A stretch of 59,246 nucleotides of DNA, filler included, from Sphacelaria rigidula (lineage: Eukaryota), in the NCBI GenBank assembly GCA_964200075.2. It is 10 parts of 10 records of this genome, joined end to end, with 100 filler letters (N's around TTAATTAATTAA, not from the genome) between each part and the next. Parts side by side here need not be neighbours in the genome. Positions count along the whole stretch, not along the records: positions 47,479 to 53,312 come from CAXNAA020024096.1; positions 53,413 to 59,246 come from CAXNAA020024097.1; 8 more parts are not named here. One strand, written 5' to 3'. The translations under genes were made by a program, and so were the position numbers. The notes beneath the pieces were generated by a model. The model was not told where the DNA came from. It searched no databases and was given only the letters and a program-made list of their open reading frames with translations. The stretch's first letter is position 1, and each line of letters opens with the position of its first letter. Positions 47,687 through 59,246 of this stretch are shown here, piece by piece.

Positions 47687-50600
47687 CTGTAGCTCGCATA
47701 GGTACTTGATGGAATTGCCCACAGCCAAATCCGTGGGAGGATTAACAGCCGAAGCCAAGAACTCGGCGGGGTCGCCCTTGTCCAAGAGCAGTATCTGCAG
47801 GACCATGTCGTCCAGACTCACGCGAAGCATCTCGGGAAGCTGGGTAAAGGTACAGCGCGGGCGAAGTCAAATGCGTCACGCGGGAGCATGAAGGCATGGG
47901 ACCATGGGGGCATGGGGGCATGGGGGAGGGTATGAGAACACCCAAACGTAAATGGTTGCCTACGAAGGACGTCAACGGTAGGAGGTACGAAGTAACGTCG
48001 GAGGTGAAACCGATCTTTCTGCACGAGATTGAACAGGCCGAAAGAGAGGTGATTCGGAATGTGGGAATACGATTCAAGGGGGGCAGGAGCGGACCGGCAG
48101 GAGCGGACGTCCGTTGAAGTTTACCCTTTCATTGTGGAGCCACAGTTGTGGGACGTGTGAGGCATTTGTCGGGAGAACGGCATGCCAGAACGTAAAATAG
48201 AAGAGACATGAGCGTGGGTGGGGAGCGGTTCGGGCTACACAGGATAAATGATGAAGTTGGACCTACTCGGTAAGGTACATCTAGTGGTCCTGCGCCGCCT
48301 TCAACACGATGCTTCGTTCATATGCACTAACCCGTACAGCAACACTCGCGAAGAAAGTTTTCGAAAGTGACCGCGGAGTAAACGCGGGCGCGCCCAAGCA
48401 CACTCGACGTGACCGAACAGCCTGTGCAGCGCAAATCAAACCGCAAACACTCCCGCATGCTATTTGTTGCAAAATAATCGTATGCAATTCTTTCCTGAAC
48501 AAGATACCATGCTACTGTAGTATGGCCCTGGCCTTAGCCGAGCGCCTCTTCGACAACTGGTGGTAAACCGCTGTGTTTTTGTCGAGCAAACCTTCACGTC
48601 ATATTCTACCGTCAAATGATCCTCGTAGGAGGAAGGACGGGGGGTGTACTCGTGATCTTGCATGCCATAGTCATGAGACCGTTGACCTCGCATCCCTAAA
48701 AAGCCGGGACGGAGCACGCCGGGTTTTCACCGGACCAGGCTCGCAAGCAATCACCAAGCGCGAAGCGACGTCATGTGTTCCGCGAGCCGCATGAAGGGGT
48801 GAGCGGTATCCTGCTGACATTTTTCGGCCCGAAGCGCATTGATTCATCTTGCACCATGAATCATGACAGCCTCGAATGAGCTGCTCCATTTTTTGGTATC
48901 GCCACTTCCAGAGACAGCCGCGGCTTACACACTGAGCCATGCATGGGTGTCTCACCGTGTCAACACTCCGTAGCATTATCACCCCCCCTTTGCGCGGAGT
49001 TCGGGTTCTCCACGTCGCACAATATGATCTAGGCCGACCTCCACCATGGCCATCGCAAAACAAAAGGGGAAGGGGGGGGAGGGGAAGGATTTTACCTGAA
49101 ACTCGCTGAGTGTGTCCTCGAACGTAGATGAAGAGCACATGTGAAAGCATACACCGGGGCGAACACGTCCCGCACGTCCCCTCCTCTGCTTCGCCGAAGC
49201 TTTCGACACCCAACACTCCAGGAGCAACGGCATCATGTTGGCATCGTCAAACCGGTTCTCTGTGACAGAGGAAACAACGATCGAGAGCGCAGACGTCCAT
49301 CGTATAGCTTGATGCTTCAGCATACAAATCATCTCGGGAGAGAAGCCATGGTACGGTGTGCACCCTTTTAGCGAGAAGGTTCCCTCGGGGCTGCTCGGGG
49401 TGTGGGACGGGTCATTTTGAGAATCGGCACTCTTTTTTTTTCTTGAAATGAGAAAATATTGAAAATGATGCCAATTCAAGAAAAGGCTCCTCCTGCGTAC
49501 AAACACCATGTTTTTGGGAGTCCGGCGGTCACCGGGAGACTTGGGCTGCACAGAAAAACCTATACATTTGTGTTCCTACAAGAAGGAGAGCCCCAGAAAC
49601 AAAACGTGCAACCCCTACCGGGTCATGCTACGATAGGGGAGGGGTGTACTCATTTGCTGCTTGCCTTCGTCGTTTGACCATTGACCGGGAGAGTATTACG
49701 GGCCGTTTTCTTCCACGAAATTTTGCTACCGTAACATTGCTCTTGGGGGTAAAAAAAGTCGTATTCCGAATCCCGATATTGTTGTCATTATTCTCCACTT
49801 TGTTTCGCTGGGTCACATACCGCACCTTTTTTTTCTGAAATCGAAATAAAATCATGAGCACAAATATCCCCACGCTCGCTGTTGTTGATGATGATAATAA
49901 ATACCCACTTTTCCCATGTTGAGGTATAGTTTCTCAATCATTTATGCAGGGGCACATATTACTAGTGTTCGAAGTCTTACAATCGACAGCGAGCAAAACG
50001 TATTCCGCATACAATATTCAAAATTCCATCATCACAACACAAAACGCCATAACCCGCATGCACTCTGAAAGATTCGAAATTAAATCAGAAGAGTATTGTC
50101 CCCCCAGCAAATGATTTTGACACACCCGCTGTTTTCGGTGAACCCGCCAGGTGAAATGGACTTCGGTGATACATCCAGACTCTTACAACATCTTGCAGTC
50201 ATTGCTCGCGCTTCACAATACCAACCGTTACTACTCTTCGGTAATCCTGGATCAGTATACACATACTCCCAAGGAATCACAAAGCAACGCGCAGGGTCGT
50301 TTCTCACGAAAGATCCAAGCTTCGCTCCTAGAGCCCGCCCGCGCTGCACAACACACGTGCTGATCAATAGAAAACCTTCTCACACCCGTTGGTCGTGATA
50401 CAAGATAAAAATAAATTAGGTACTGCTCAAATCAGTACTCCAGTGTTGTGTGAAGCGAATAACGCCCACGCATGGTATGCTTTTCATCCTGAACGACATT
50501 AAAAGGGGGGGGGGGGGGGGGGGGAGCCCTGACCTACACTGCTCGGGCGGGGGAACATAATTTTCCCGTACACCCCTCTGCCCAGCACACACNNNNNNNN

Positions 50601-51525
50601 NNACTGACTGCTCTCCCACATGCTTTTTTTTTTTCTCCTGACCAAGGTAGGTGGGGGGGGGGGGGGGAGGGGGAGCACTGACCTACACTGCTCTGGCGGA
50701 GGAACATAATTTTCCCGTACACACCTCTGACCAGCACACACATTTCACCCGCACATACCTTTCAAGCGCGCACACCATTGACCCGCACACATATTTCACC
50801 CGTACACACCCTTCAATCGCTCACACCTTTCACCCGCACACACAATTGACCCGCACGCAACCTTTGACTCGCACACATCTCTGACCAACCGCACATACCT
50901 TTCACCCGCACACACATATAAGCCGCACACACCTTTCACCCGACCGCTGTCGACGACAAAAACGCAATCTTCGATAGTGATGGACGTTTCGGCGATGTTC
51001 GTAGACACTACGATCTTGCGTACGCCAGCGGGGGGGACCTGGAAAATGGCCTTCTGGTCGGCGGTCGAGAGCGAACCATGGAGGGGGTACACGTGAGTTT
51101 TCTCCTGCCCATGAAGAAAAAAAAAAACGAGGGAGACGGGAAGTATCCGAGGTTCACTGGGAAAGCTTGTACAAAGTGATTTGTGAAAGACCTGTAGTTT
51201 TGTGGTGTCGAACATTTCTTCTTCAAATCGATGCGTTCTTAAGGCGGTATAATAGTGCGATCCCTAGGTAGTGTATAGTCACCGCTGTTGAAGACTTTGT
51301 TCGGTCCATCTGTATCGGCCGTGGCACACAGTCCGGCGTCACGAGTCGCACAAGAGCTTTCTCCCCAAAATGGGCGTTTACAAGAGAGACATAAAAACAC
51401 ATAACAACGTAAGTATAACACATAACAACGCATAACAACCTTATCACTGAAGAGCGGGTTGTCGGCGAGAATCTCCAGCATCTTGGTAATCTCAGCGAGT
51501 CCCGGAAGGAACACCAAAATGGCGC
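47687..51525 (-). CDS. Partial gene for a DEAH-box RNA helicase (DHX29/DHX36/DHX57-like)
   Basis: Phase-compatible exons 51525-51440 ([13 protein letters not shown], motif IV), 51104-50933 (PLHGSLS...[18 protein letters not shown], motif V), 49259-49096 ([20 protein letters not shown], motif VI) and 47839-47687 ([16 protein letters not shown]...PP, winged helix). Confidence 0.95.
50520..50932. repeat. Intronic minisatellite (CCGCACACACCTTTCAC-like units) and a ~70-bp duplication
   Basis: Repeated CACCCGCACA/CCTTTCA units at 50735-50932; TGACCTACACTGCTC...GGAACATAATTTTCCCGTACAC occurs twice. Confidence 0.85.
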
Positions 51526-51671
51526 CTGCTCATCATCATACACCACCGAACACGATACGGGTATCAGATGCGATGCGCGGAAATCAGAGTAAAGGCAGAA
51601 AGTTTCGAGGTCGTGTTATACCCGGAAGTGAGGTATTTTTGGTTGGCAAACCAACTCATACCGGGATGTTC

Positions 51672-51918
51672 CACACCCTGCGCAATATATGGTCAATAGA
51701 TCATACCCTGGAAGATAGAATACACAGTCAAAAAGTGTACTGCGTACAGTATCGACTATTGCGCCTATTGCAGCAGACAATGTATTCCATACTGTACGCA
51801 GTACATTTTTTTACGACAGAATCGATTGTCCAGGGTGTGCAATAGATACAATAGGTCTGTACTTTACCCAGCACATTTTGTCTATTTCATCTATTGACAA
51901 TATTTTGTCAAGGATGTG
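51672..51918. mobile_element. hAT-like MITE (outer) containing a second hAT-like MITE
   Basis: About 30-bp imperfect TIR CACACCCTGCGCAATATATGGTCAATAGAT; TSD GGATGTTC (51664-51671) / GAATGTTC (51919-51926). Confidence 0.75.
51702..51839. mobile_element. hAT-like MITE (inner)
   Basis: TIR CATACCCTGGA / TCCAGGGTGTG; perfect 8-bp TSD CAATAGAT at 51694-51701 and 51840-51847. Confidence 0.88.
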
Positions 51919-52014
51919 GAATGTTCGGTAGACATTATCGGGTACGGTCCGACAGGGTATTGAGCCCTGTTCCGAACACGCCGTTATGGTTCGGGAGGAT
52001 TGCTTGCTTGCTTG

Positions 52015-52100
52015 ATAGATTGATTGATTATCTCATATTAGCTGATTGCAACAATCCAGCTCGTGGTCAGGAGCAGCAAAAAAAAAACAGAATAAGAAAG
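52015..52100. repeat. Short dispersed (SINE-like) repeat
   Basis: ATTGATTGATTATCTCATATTAGCTGA...CAACAATCCAGCTCGTGGTCAGGAGCAGCAAAA is the reverse complement of 6963-7041. Confidence 0.7.
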
Positions 52101-53557
52101 AAGGAAGGAAGGAAGGAAACAGAAAAGCACAGAAGCAGCAGCGACAGAAAGGAAAGAAGAAGGAAAGCAGAGACAAAAACAACAACAACAATAACAACGT
52201 TTGAAAATTGGCCGCGGTGCGGGAGTGCTGATCCAATCCACGCCGAGATGCAAGGCGTGTACGGGGGAGAGATGGGTTAATCCCTTGAGGCCATGGACTC
52301 GTCCCGAGGAAGGAGGGCGTACTCATTTGTTGCTTGCCTCAGTAATTTGACCATTGACCACGCATCCCTTTCGAGACGGTGCACCGTTCCTACTCCTAAT
52401 AGAGACACCTTCAACATCCCGGCGCGCATTCCGGTTCAAAGTGCGACAAATAAATAAAAAATAATAGTAAAAAATATTAAAATCAACCGATCATATCTAA
52501 TCAACCCATCAACCGTTCAATGAATGGCCCGAAACGTAGACCAGAAAAAACGCTTAATCAGCACGCTGCTATATAGCTGAAACAAAATATTCCATGGGTT
52601 GGACTAATTTTGATTCGTCTACACATCTCTTGTGCTCTTAGCCTAATTGATTCGTACCGTACTAAACGATTCAATCCTTGGCCCTTGTTCTCAGCGCTGC
52701 ACTCACCCGGGATACGTGCACCCCGGTCAAGTGGAATAGCGCAAAAATTGCCAAGGCTTTTCTGACCCGCGGCCAATTTTCCACATCATCTGAGAGTTCA
52801 TGAGCTATTTGAAATAACTAATCGAAGGGAACTCTCAGATCCATTGTACGAAAACACAAAGCACGTGACAGCAGTGTACGAGAAGCCACAGCGTTGCCTT
52901 CCCGCTACACCACGTGCTCGGCGTCCATCGCTGCCGGGAGCTAGTACGGAAATAGTGGCCGAATGACCTAGCTCATGATCCGGATCAGTACTCTAATAAC
53001 AAGTAATATCCAGCTAGCTCATAAGCTGTACGATGTGTACAATTTTCTCTCACTCTCTCTCCCTTCCGAGCAATCAGGCCTCACAAATCGCAGATGTGGG
53101 GATTCGAATCAGCGATGATACGTCCGACCTTTGCAAAACTCCTCCCCCCCCCCAAAAAAAAAATATTTGTTTCATCTTGAAAGGGATGCGTGGTCAATGG
53201 TCAAACGATTAAGTAAGGTCAGCAACAAATAAATACGCCCCCCCCCCCCCCCCCCCCCCCGCCCCCCCCCCCCCCCCGCGCCGGGTGGTTTGGTGGGGGG
53301 CTCTGCCGGGGGNNNNNNNNNNNNNNNNNNNNNNNNNNNNNNNNNNNNNNNNNNNNTTAATTAATTAANNNNNNNNNNNNNNNNNNNNNNNNNNNNNNNN
53401 NNNNNNNNNNNNAACGTTGAAAATAACTGCGCCTCACTACCCAAGCTATACCCGATATTCAAGCAATGCTGAAAAGGACCACGCTCGCTGAAAGGAGTAA
53501 AATCCATGTTCAACCTTGCTCGAGTGTCTACCCAATCATGTGATGATAATCAAACTG

Positions 53558-53680
53558 TACACTTAACTGAAGCAGTCTAATTTTACACTAAGTTCAAGTA
53601 GTTGATGATTACACTAAGATCAAGTTGTTTACAAGTACACTAAAGTCAAGTAGTCTACCGCTACACTAAATTCAAGTAAC
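53558..53680. repeat. Short tandem repeat, ~27-bp unit ACACTAAGTTCAAGTAG, about 5 copies
   Basis: ACACTAA-x-TCAAGT recurs near 53585, 53611, 53637 and 53663. Confidence 0.75.
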
Positions 53681-55713
53681 TAGCGCAGGCTCGCCGCCCG
53701 GCGCCCAACCCCCCCTGACGAACCCCCTTTTCCCTTTTTTGCCTCGATTTTTTTAACGTTGGGGGGTTATATTCCTTTTAAAAAGAAAATGAACCACCCC
53801 TGTCCTATCCTATCCGTCCAAACCTTATTACGAAGCTCCGAAGGATGCAAGTTTTTTCCCGAATTGATTCGAAGCCGCGCTGCGCGAAAACAAGCATCCA
53901 ATCGTTCTTTAAACATGAATCGAGAGGCCCTCAACAAGTGTCACCTTCATTGGTGCTCATGGCGTTGTGTTTCGCTTCCGTCTCAGGGTGCACTCGAGAA
54001 CACTCCCAATTCGACCCCTTTGATCAAAGGGAGTCTTGATCGAACTTCTCATACTTGACTTTCGCAACTTCAATCACGGCACGTTTGGAGGTTGGAGGCA
54101 TCACACGCAGCAACCGGCTCTCCAGATCATTTTCAACACCCTCAAGAACGTTCAGCTTCATTGCTGCATTCTTTGTTGTCTTCGCTTGTGCGTGCCGACA
54201 CCGTCCGTGGCTGAGGTGGAGGGGGTGTTGAAGCACGGGATCAACTTTCACCACCTTACACCGACCCGATCATTCTGGGGGCATCTTAACAACGAGCTAT
54301 CGGCCATCGGACACGCGACTGATCTGAACCAATCTCGGTTTTCATGTGGACAAACGGCGAGCGTACAGGTTCTCTTCATCAAAGAGTACGAGGGCGGTAG
54401 GGGCGTTCACTTTTCGCTACCGACCCTACTACACGTGAACTCAAATCGGATTGTCACGTGAAGTTTTGCCCAGAGAGCGGAGAGGTTACATAATCAAGAT
54501 GGTGGACTCACAAGAAAATCGGCTTAAGGAGAAGCGACAAGAAGGTGAGCCTGGCTGTAGTCAGATTCGCAAGGAGTTCGCATCTACCGTTGTCATCGCT
54601 GTCTGTATTGGTCTCTCTCCTGTCTTTGCTGTGTCGTCTCTTCTCAGTCAACTCTCGCCTCCTCTTAGACGTCTTGCGCTCTTCTTTCATGTAATATGTC
54701 CGGGTTTTGTTTTATTTCTCGTTCGTTCTATCCTCGGTGTTTGGAGAACGTCAGGGTTGGTCACGTGCCGATTCGGCATCAAACTCACTTGAAAAACGTC
54801 TGCGTGATCCAGGTGAACTACCCGCATCGCAGTGTAAAGGGTAACGGTTCTTCAGTCCTCATGCCCTACCAGCATAGCTTCACACCGTCTGTAGCGGTTT
54901 TGTTTAGTACTAGGCAAAGGCATCAGCAGCATGCAGTTAATTGTGTTTCAATGGAGAGCGATGGCACGTTTATACTGTCTCTTGCCGTTCTTCCCAGTGG
55001 AGAAACACAGCGAACATACAGTCCGACTCTGCACGCAATTGACTGCAGGGTCAAAGCTCGTCGAATCCGCAAGTAGTCCGCATCTACTGTTTGTCATCGC
55101 ACTCTGTGTCGATCTCTCTTCTGTCTTTCTTGTCTTGACTCTTCTCAGACGTGTTGCGTTCTTCGCTCATATCATAGGTCCGGACATTGATTACCTAGAT
55201 GAAGTGCGTCTACTCTGTTCTGATGTCGTTTCATCTCTCGTTTGTTGCACCTTCGGTGTTTAGAGGACTTTAGGGTATCTCACGTGCTTAATCGACATCG
55301 AACTCACTTGAAAAAAAGGGCGTGATCCAGGCGGACTACCCTCATCGCGGTGTAAGGGCTAACTCTAGACAGCGACACCCCCGCAGGTGGATTGAGCTGG
55401 ACTATGCCACGGTTGAGGTCTAGAACTGCTCCTTTCTCGCTACGCAAAAAACCGTTTTCATGAACGTTTTAAATTTTTTATCTATAAAGAATTAGTCCCG
55501 GAGCACCACTGAACAATTTCGACCCTGCAGTGAATTATGTGCAGAGTTGATGAGTTTGTGCGTTGTATTTCTTCACTGGGAACAACGGCAAGAGATAGTT
55601 TAAACGTGCCATTTCTCTCCACTGAAACACAATTTACTGCGTGCTGCTGATGCCTCTGCTTTCCGTCCAGTTTTCGATTTTTCGTTCATTTCGAATACTG
55701 TGAATTCGGTCCT

Positions 55714-56190
55714 TATGACCGCTGCCAGACGATCTGGACAACAGGACTATCCACGAGGGACTCCTTCAGTAGCACTGGCCTCGTGCTCGATAAGTCCCTT
55801 CTTCTCGATTGTTATGTTTACGGAGTGGTCCAGAAACAGACCACATCACGAGCCAGACAGCAAGGGGCCACACAGATAAGGGTGATCAATCCTGGATCCC
55901 CTGTCCCCTGCTTCTGTTCCAATCATGCATACGATTAAACTGAAACCTACGGCTTGGTATCATTTTCCTGCAGCACCCCCAAAGTGAGTTGAAGAGAAAC
56001 GAACGAGCTTGACAACTGACAAAAAACAAGGCGAAATTGCATGCGCCAGATGACAAAGAAATTTCATACTCCGACGCTAATTTACTGGTCAGCGCCCGAG
56101 TCAACCGCATTTCACGCAGTTCTTTCAAAACAAGTTGAGGCGCACAAGAAGGAATCTCGCGAAGAGACTCCCACGTACGTTCTTCATCAC
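55714..56190 (-). mobile_element. 3' fragment (chromodomain end plus LTR) of the same Gypsy family
   Basis: ERTWESLREIPSCAPQLVLKELREMRLTRALTSKLASEYEISL matches the C-terminus of ORF 24333-24812; LTR 55714-55972 aligns to 23998-24255. Confidence 0.92.
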
Positions 56191-57468
56191 CAATGTTATA
56201 ATGGGGGAGTAGGTATTGCACTGGCTGAGGTCTCTCAGTACGAGTACCAGGAGATACCATTGGGTCCAGCTAACCCAAGCTCCCACGTGGGCACAACGTA
56301 CGACCTATAGCCATCCACCAAGAACAATCACACAGTAGGTGCATCCATGTGCAGACTCTTGATTAGGAACTCACGTGTTTCATAGCGTCATGTTATATCT
56401 ACAAGCCTCTCTTACTCAGTATAGCCGAGGCGCAGCCATAGGAGCAGAGCGTGGTGATGGCCCAGGGTAGAGACCAAGGCAAGCCGGTAACTGATTGAGA
56501 TGGGTCAATGCCATGTGGCGAAGGCGCAACAATCCCAACTAATGACAATAGCAAACGCGATAACATCGCGTCACGGAACTCAGGGTCTACAAGCAGACTC
56601 GCACGGCGTATATCTTGCAACGCCTCTGAGCTTCATCACACTAGCCCATCCTAGACAAGTCCTGATGCAGTTGAATCATCATCACCTCGGCACAATGTAA
56701 TTGCGCCGAGGAACTTCAAAATTCAACGAGAGAGGGCTCTCCTATACTACACTCGTACAAAAGCATGAAGCGAAGGAAATAATAATTACTCTCCCACGCC
56801 TCTAAAAGGCGAGCATCGCTACGATCCGACACAACACCAAACGTTCAATCCACGAAAAGGAAAACGTCGTATCTACGTGACACTCACGCACCCATGTTGA
56901 ACAAGACAACGCACACGCAAGCCCATCTACAAAGTAAAGTACTAAATGATACGCACGCGGAGACTTCATCCATCAACGGAACAAGGATGGAATGCCAGAC
57001 AATCCGGGAAGAGGCGAGGGAAAACACAGTTGCGGCATAGCATCGCGGCAACTGCTCTGGTCGGACGTAGATCCACGTGAGCTCCACGTCTTTGTTCGAC
57101 TCCGTCCTGACACATCCGTCGCGTTTAGCGAGAGTGGAACCCCGCTCGTTTCCGTGGCAGGGCGTTTGAAGTATCAAACCTGCCTTGCAAAAGGCGTGCA
57201 GCGTGAAGTACAATGCGATGGGGGAGGAACTACGCAGCAACAGGGAGATAAAAGCGGGGATGCAGCCGAAGTTCACGGTTGGTGTGCCCGAAGTGCGAAA
57301 TTCAAAATCCTGGGGGAGTGGGCACAAGCCCATCCAAGACGACACTCAGGGTAAAAAGCCAAAGGTTATTGGTCAGAACTTTTCGTTCAGCCCGGCGGAT
57401 CAACTATCGCGTGTTATGAGCAAAACTTGATGTCAACTAAAAAAAAAAATCCGTCACGGCGCAATACC

Positions 57469-57875
57469 CAACTCAAAGCAATCGTCCGGTGGAGATACGG
57501 CCTACAACAAGGGCGGTATGATTGGTCATTCCCGGGGGAACACTGGACCACGAGCAACGGGACGACACAAGAGAACACACCCGTTTCGCTAGCTGATCAG
57601 GCTGCGCCACGGGATAGGGGTAGAACAAACAAACGAACACATCCAAATGACTTGTCGAAATGCAGAAACTCACTTCAAGTTGAAACAGTCGTCGGGCATC
57701 AATACGGCTTACAACAAGGGCGGTATCATTAGCATTACACGGTGTAGCCAAGGACCCGTGCAACAAGACGATGTAAGGGAATACTCGCGTGCGGCGAGCT
57801 CTCTTGGCTGGCGGCGGGGAGTTGAGCAGTGACAACAACAAACACATCCAGAAATGAGTCATCAAAATTCCAAAC
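57469..57875 (+). repeat. Diverged 207-bp tandem duplication
   Basis: TACGGC(C/T)TACAACAAGGGCGGTAT at 57496 and 57703; AACACATCCA..AATGA also repeats at a similar spacing. Confidence 0.8.
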
Positions 57876-59246
57876 ATGTAGGAGGCTGGACTAGATCTAC
57901 AGTCCTCTCATCGCGTAAAGAAACCTCGAAGACAAGAAATAAAATAAATAAAACAACACTACTAGATGTTCAGGGGACACGGACAGAGATGCGACAGCGA
58001 CAAGAAATGTGACTACGGGTACTAGAAACGCAGTCACCAATAAGGCGAACTCAGCATAAAGAAACACGATACCAAAACCTGTGAGGGGCTACAATGCAGC
58101 AAAGGGGAGGGGGGGGGGGGGGGGCTACGATCTGTTATCTGACCAGATCGGATTGGGGGATCTAAATCCGCCAAGGCGAGGGAGGCTACGATCTGATATC
58201 TGACCAGATCGGATTAGGGTTCTGACATCCGCCAAGGGGAGCTCATCGCTCGCCGCATCGCCGAGGGATGTGGACGGTGTGTCGTAGCAATTCAAGTCAT
58301 GCTTGCGATACAACCAGTATTGGAGGGGTACGATCTGACTTCTGACCAGATCGGGGGGGTGGTGCTGGGAAGCAGCCAGGGCAGCGGCATATGGAACGGG
58401 CACGTGGGCTGTGTTCGAAGGTGTCTCTTCTACAAAAGAAAATGTTCGAGCTCGAGCATTATTTCCATAGTACAGCAAAATATTATACTTTGCACTGATA
58501 AGGGGGGACATGGTGCGCTAGAAAACCCTGCGCTGTTACGGGGCCATTTCTCCTTCCTCGACAAGGGGCGGGGACCATCTGATACTACAAGGAAAAGCTC
58601 AACCGGGCCGGATTGAAGTGATGTCAAACATCATCGGGTGGTCACGAAAAATATGTGGGCTTCCACCCGAGGGCAAATTTTGTCGCTAAAACCACAGTAC
58701 TCCCGACGGGAGTCATCTGTAAATACAGGAAAAGGTCATCAGGACTGACTTAAATGGTGTGAGCAAACATCGAGGGGGTGGTCACGCAAAACTCGTGGGC
58801 TTAAACCACAATCCGTCAATCATCAGGCGAGTCCTGAGTAGGGGCTCGACTTGTGGTACCGTTGACGGAAAACAAAAACATACACCATGACAAGGGAATC
58901 GGCCAGGCGGCGTTGTCTCAGGATGGCGGAAATCAACTACGGTAGACTCGAGTTATTTGTGCCAACGTCAACAACGCGACGGCCGGTATTATATGCGTGT
59001 GCTGCCACAGGGGGGAGCTACAGTCTCCATGACTGACGGTTCAGCTTCCCACACCTCAGAACCATGCTGCGAACACAAAAGGGCACCCGGGGGGGGGGTG
59101 TACTCATGATCATGCATGCCATAGTCATAAGACCATTGACCTCGCGGGGGGGGGGGGGGGGGGGGTGGCGATATTTCTAAAATGTGGGGGGCCCGCCAAG
59201 GTGACGGGGGAGGGTTTTGATTCGGCACGAGACAACAAAACCATAG

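Noticed and set aside
54036..54461. FHHLTP...GHLNNEL as a Ulp1 protease N-terminal motif
   Set aside because: No downstream HW, D or QxNxxDCG motifs; similarity too weak.

Overview
Eukaryotic genomic DNA, most likely from a brown alga (Phaeophyceae). This is inferred from an EsV-1-7 repeat exon, GT-AG intron-rich genes and the repeat content. The window is not one locus: it is ten unrelated contigs of 5834-5835 bp joined by 100-bp N-TTAATTAATTAA-N linkers, so no synteny can be read across linkers. Contents: partial host genes (DEAH RNA helicase, cysteine-containing LRR protein, last exon of an EEP phosphoesterase, an EsV-1-7 exon, a possible tyrosinase-type N-terminus); a decayed Ty3/Gypsy chromovirus with an RT-RNaseH deletion and two precisely removable TIR insertions; LINE RT fragments; and many MITE/foldback elements. 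The most notable item is in contig 7 (35611-41444): a multi-exon, short-intron gene which, spliced by hand, encodes a beta-class (N6A/N4C-type) DNA methyltransferase-like fold with eroded catalytic and SAM motifs fused to a divergent SET domain. All splicing and domain calls were made by eye and need HMM, structure and RNA-seq confirmation.
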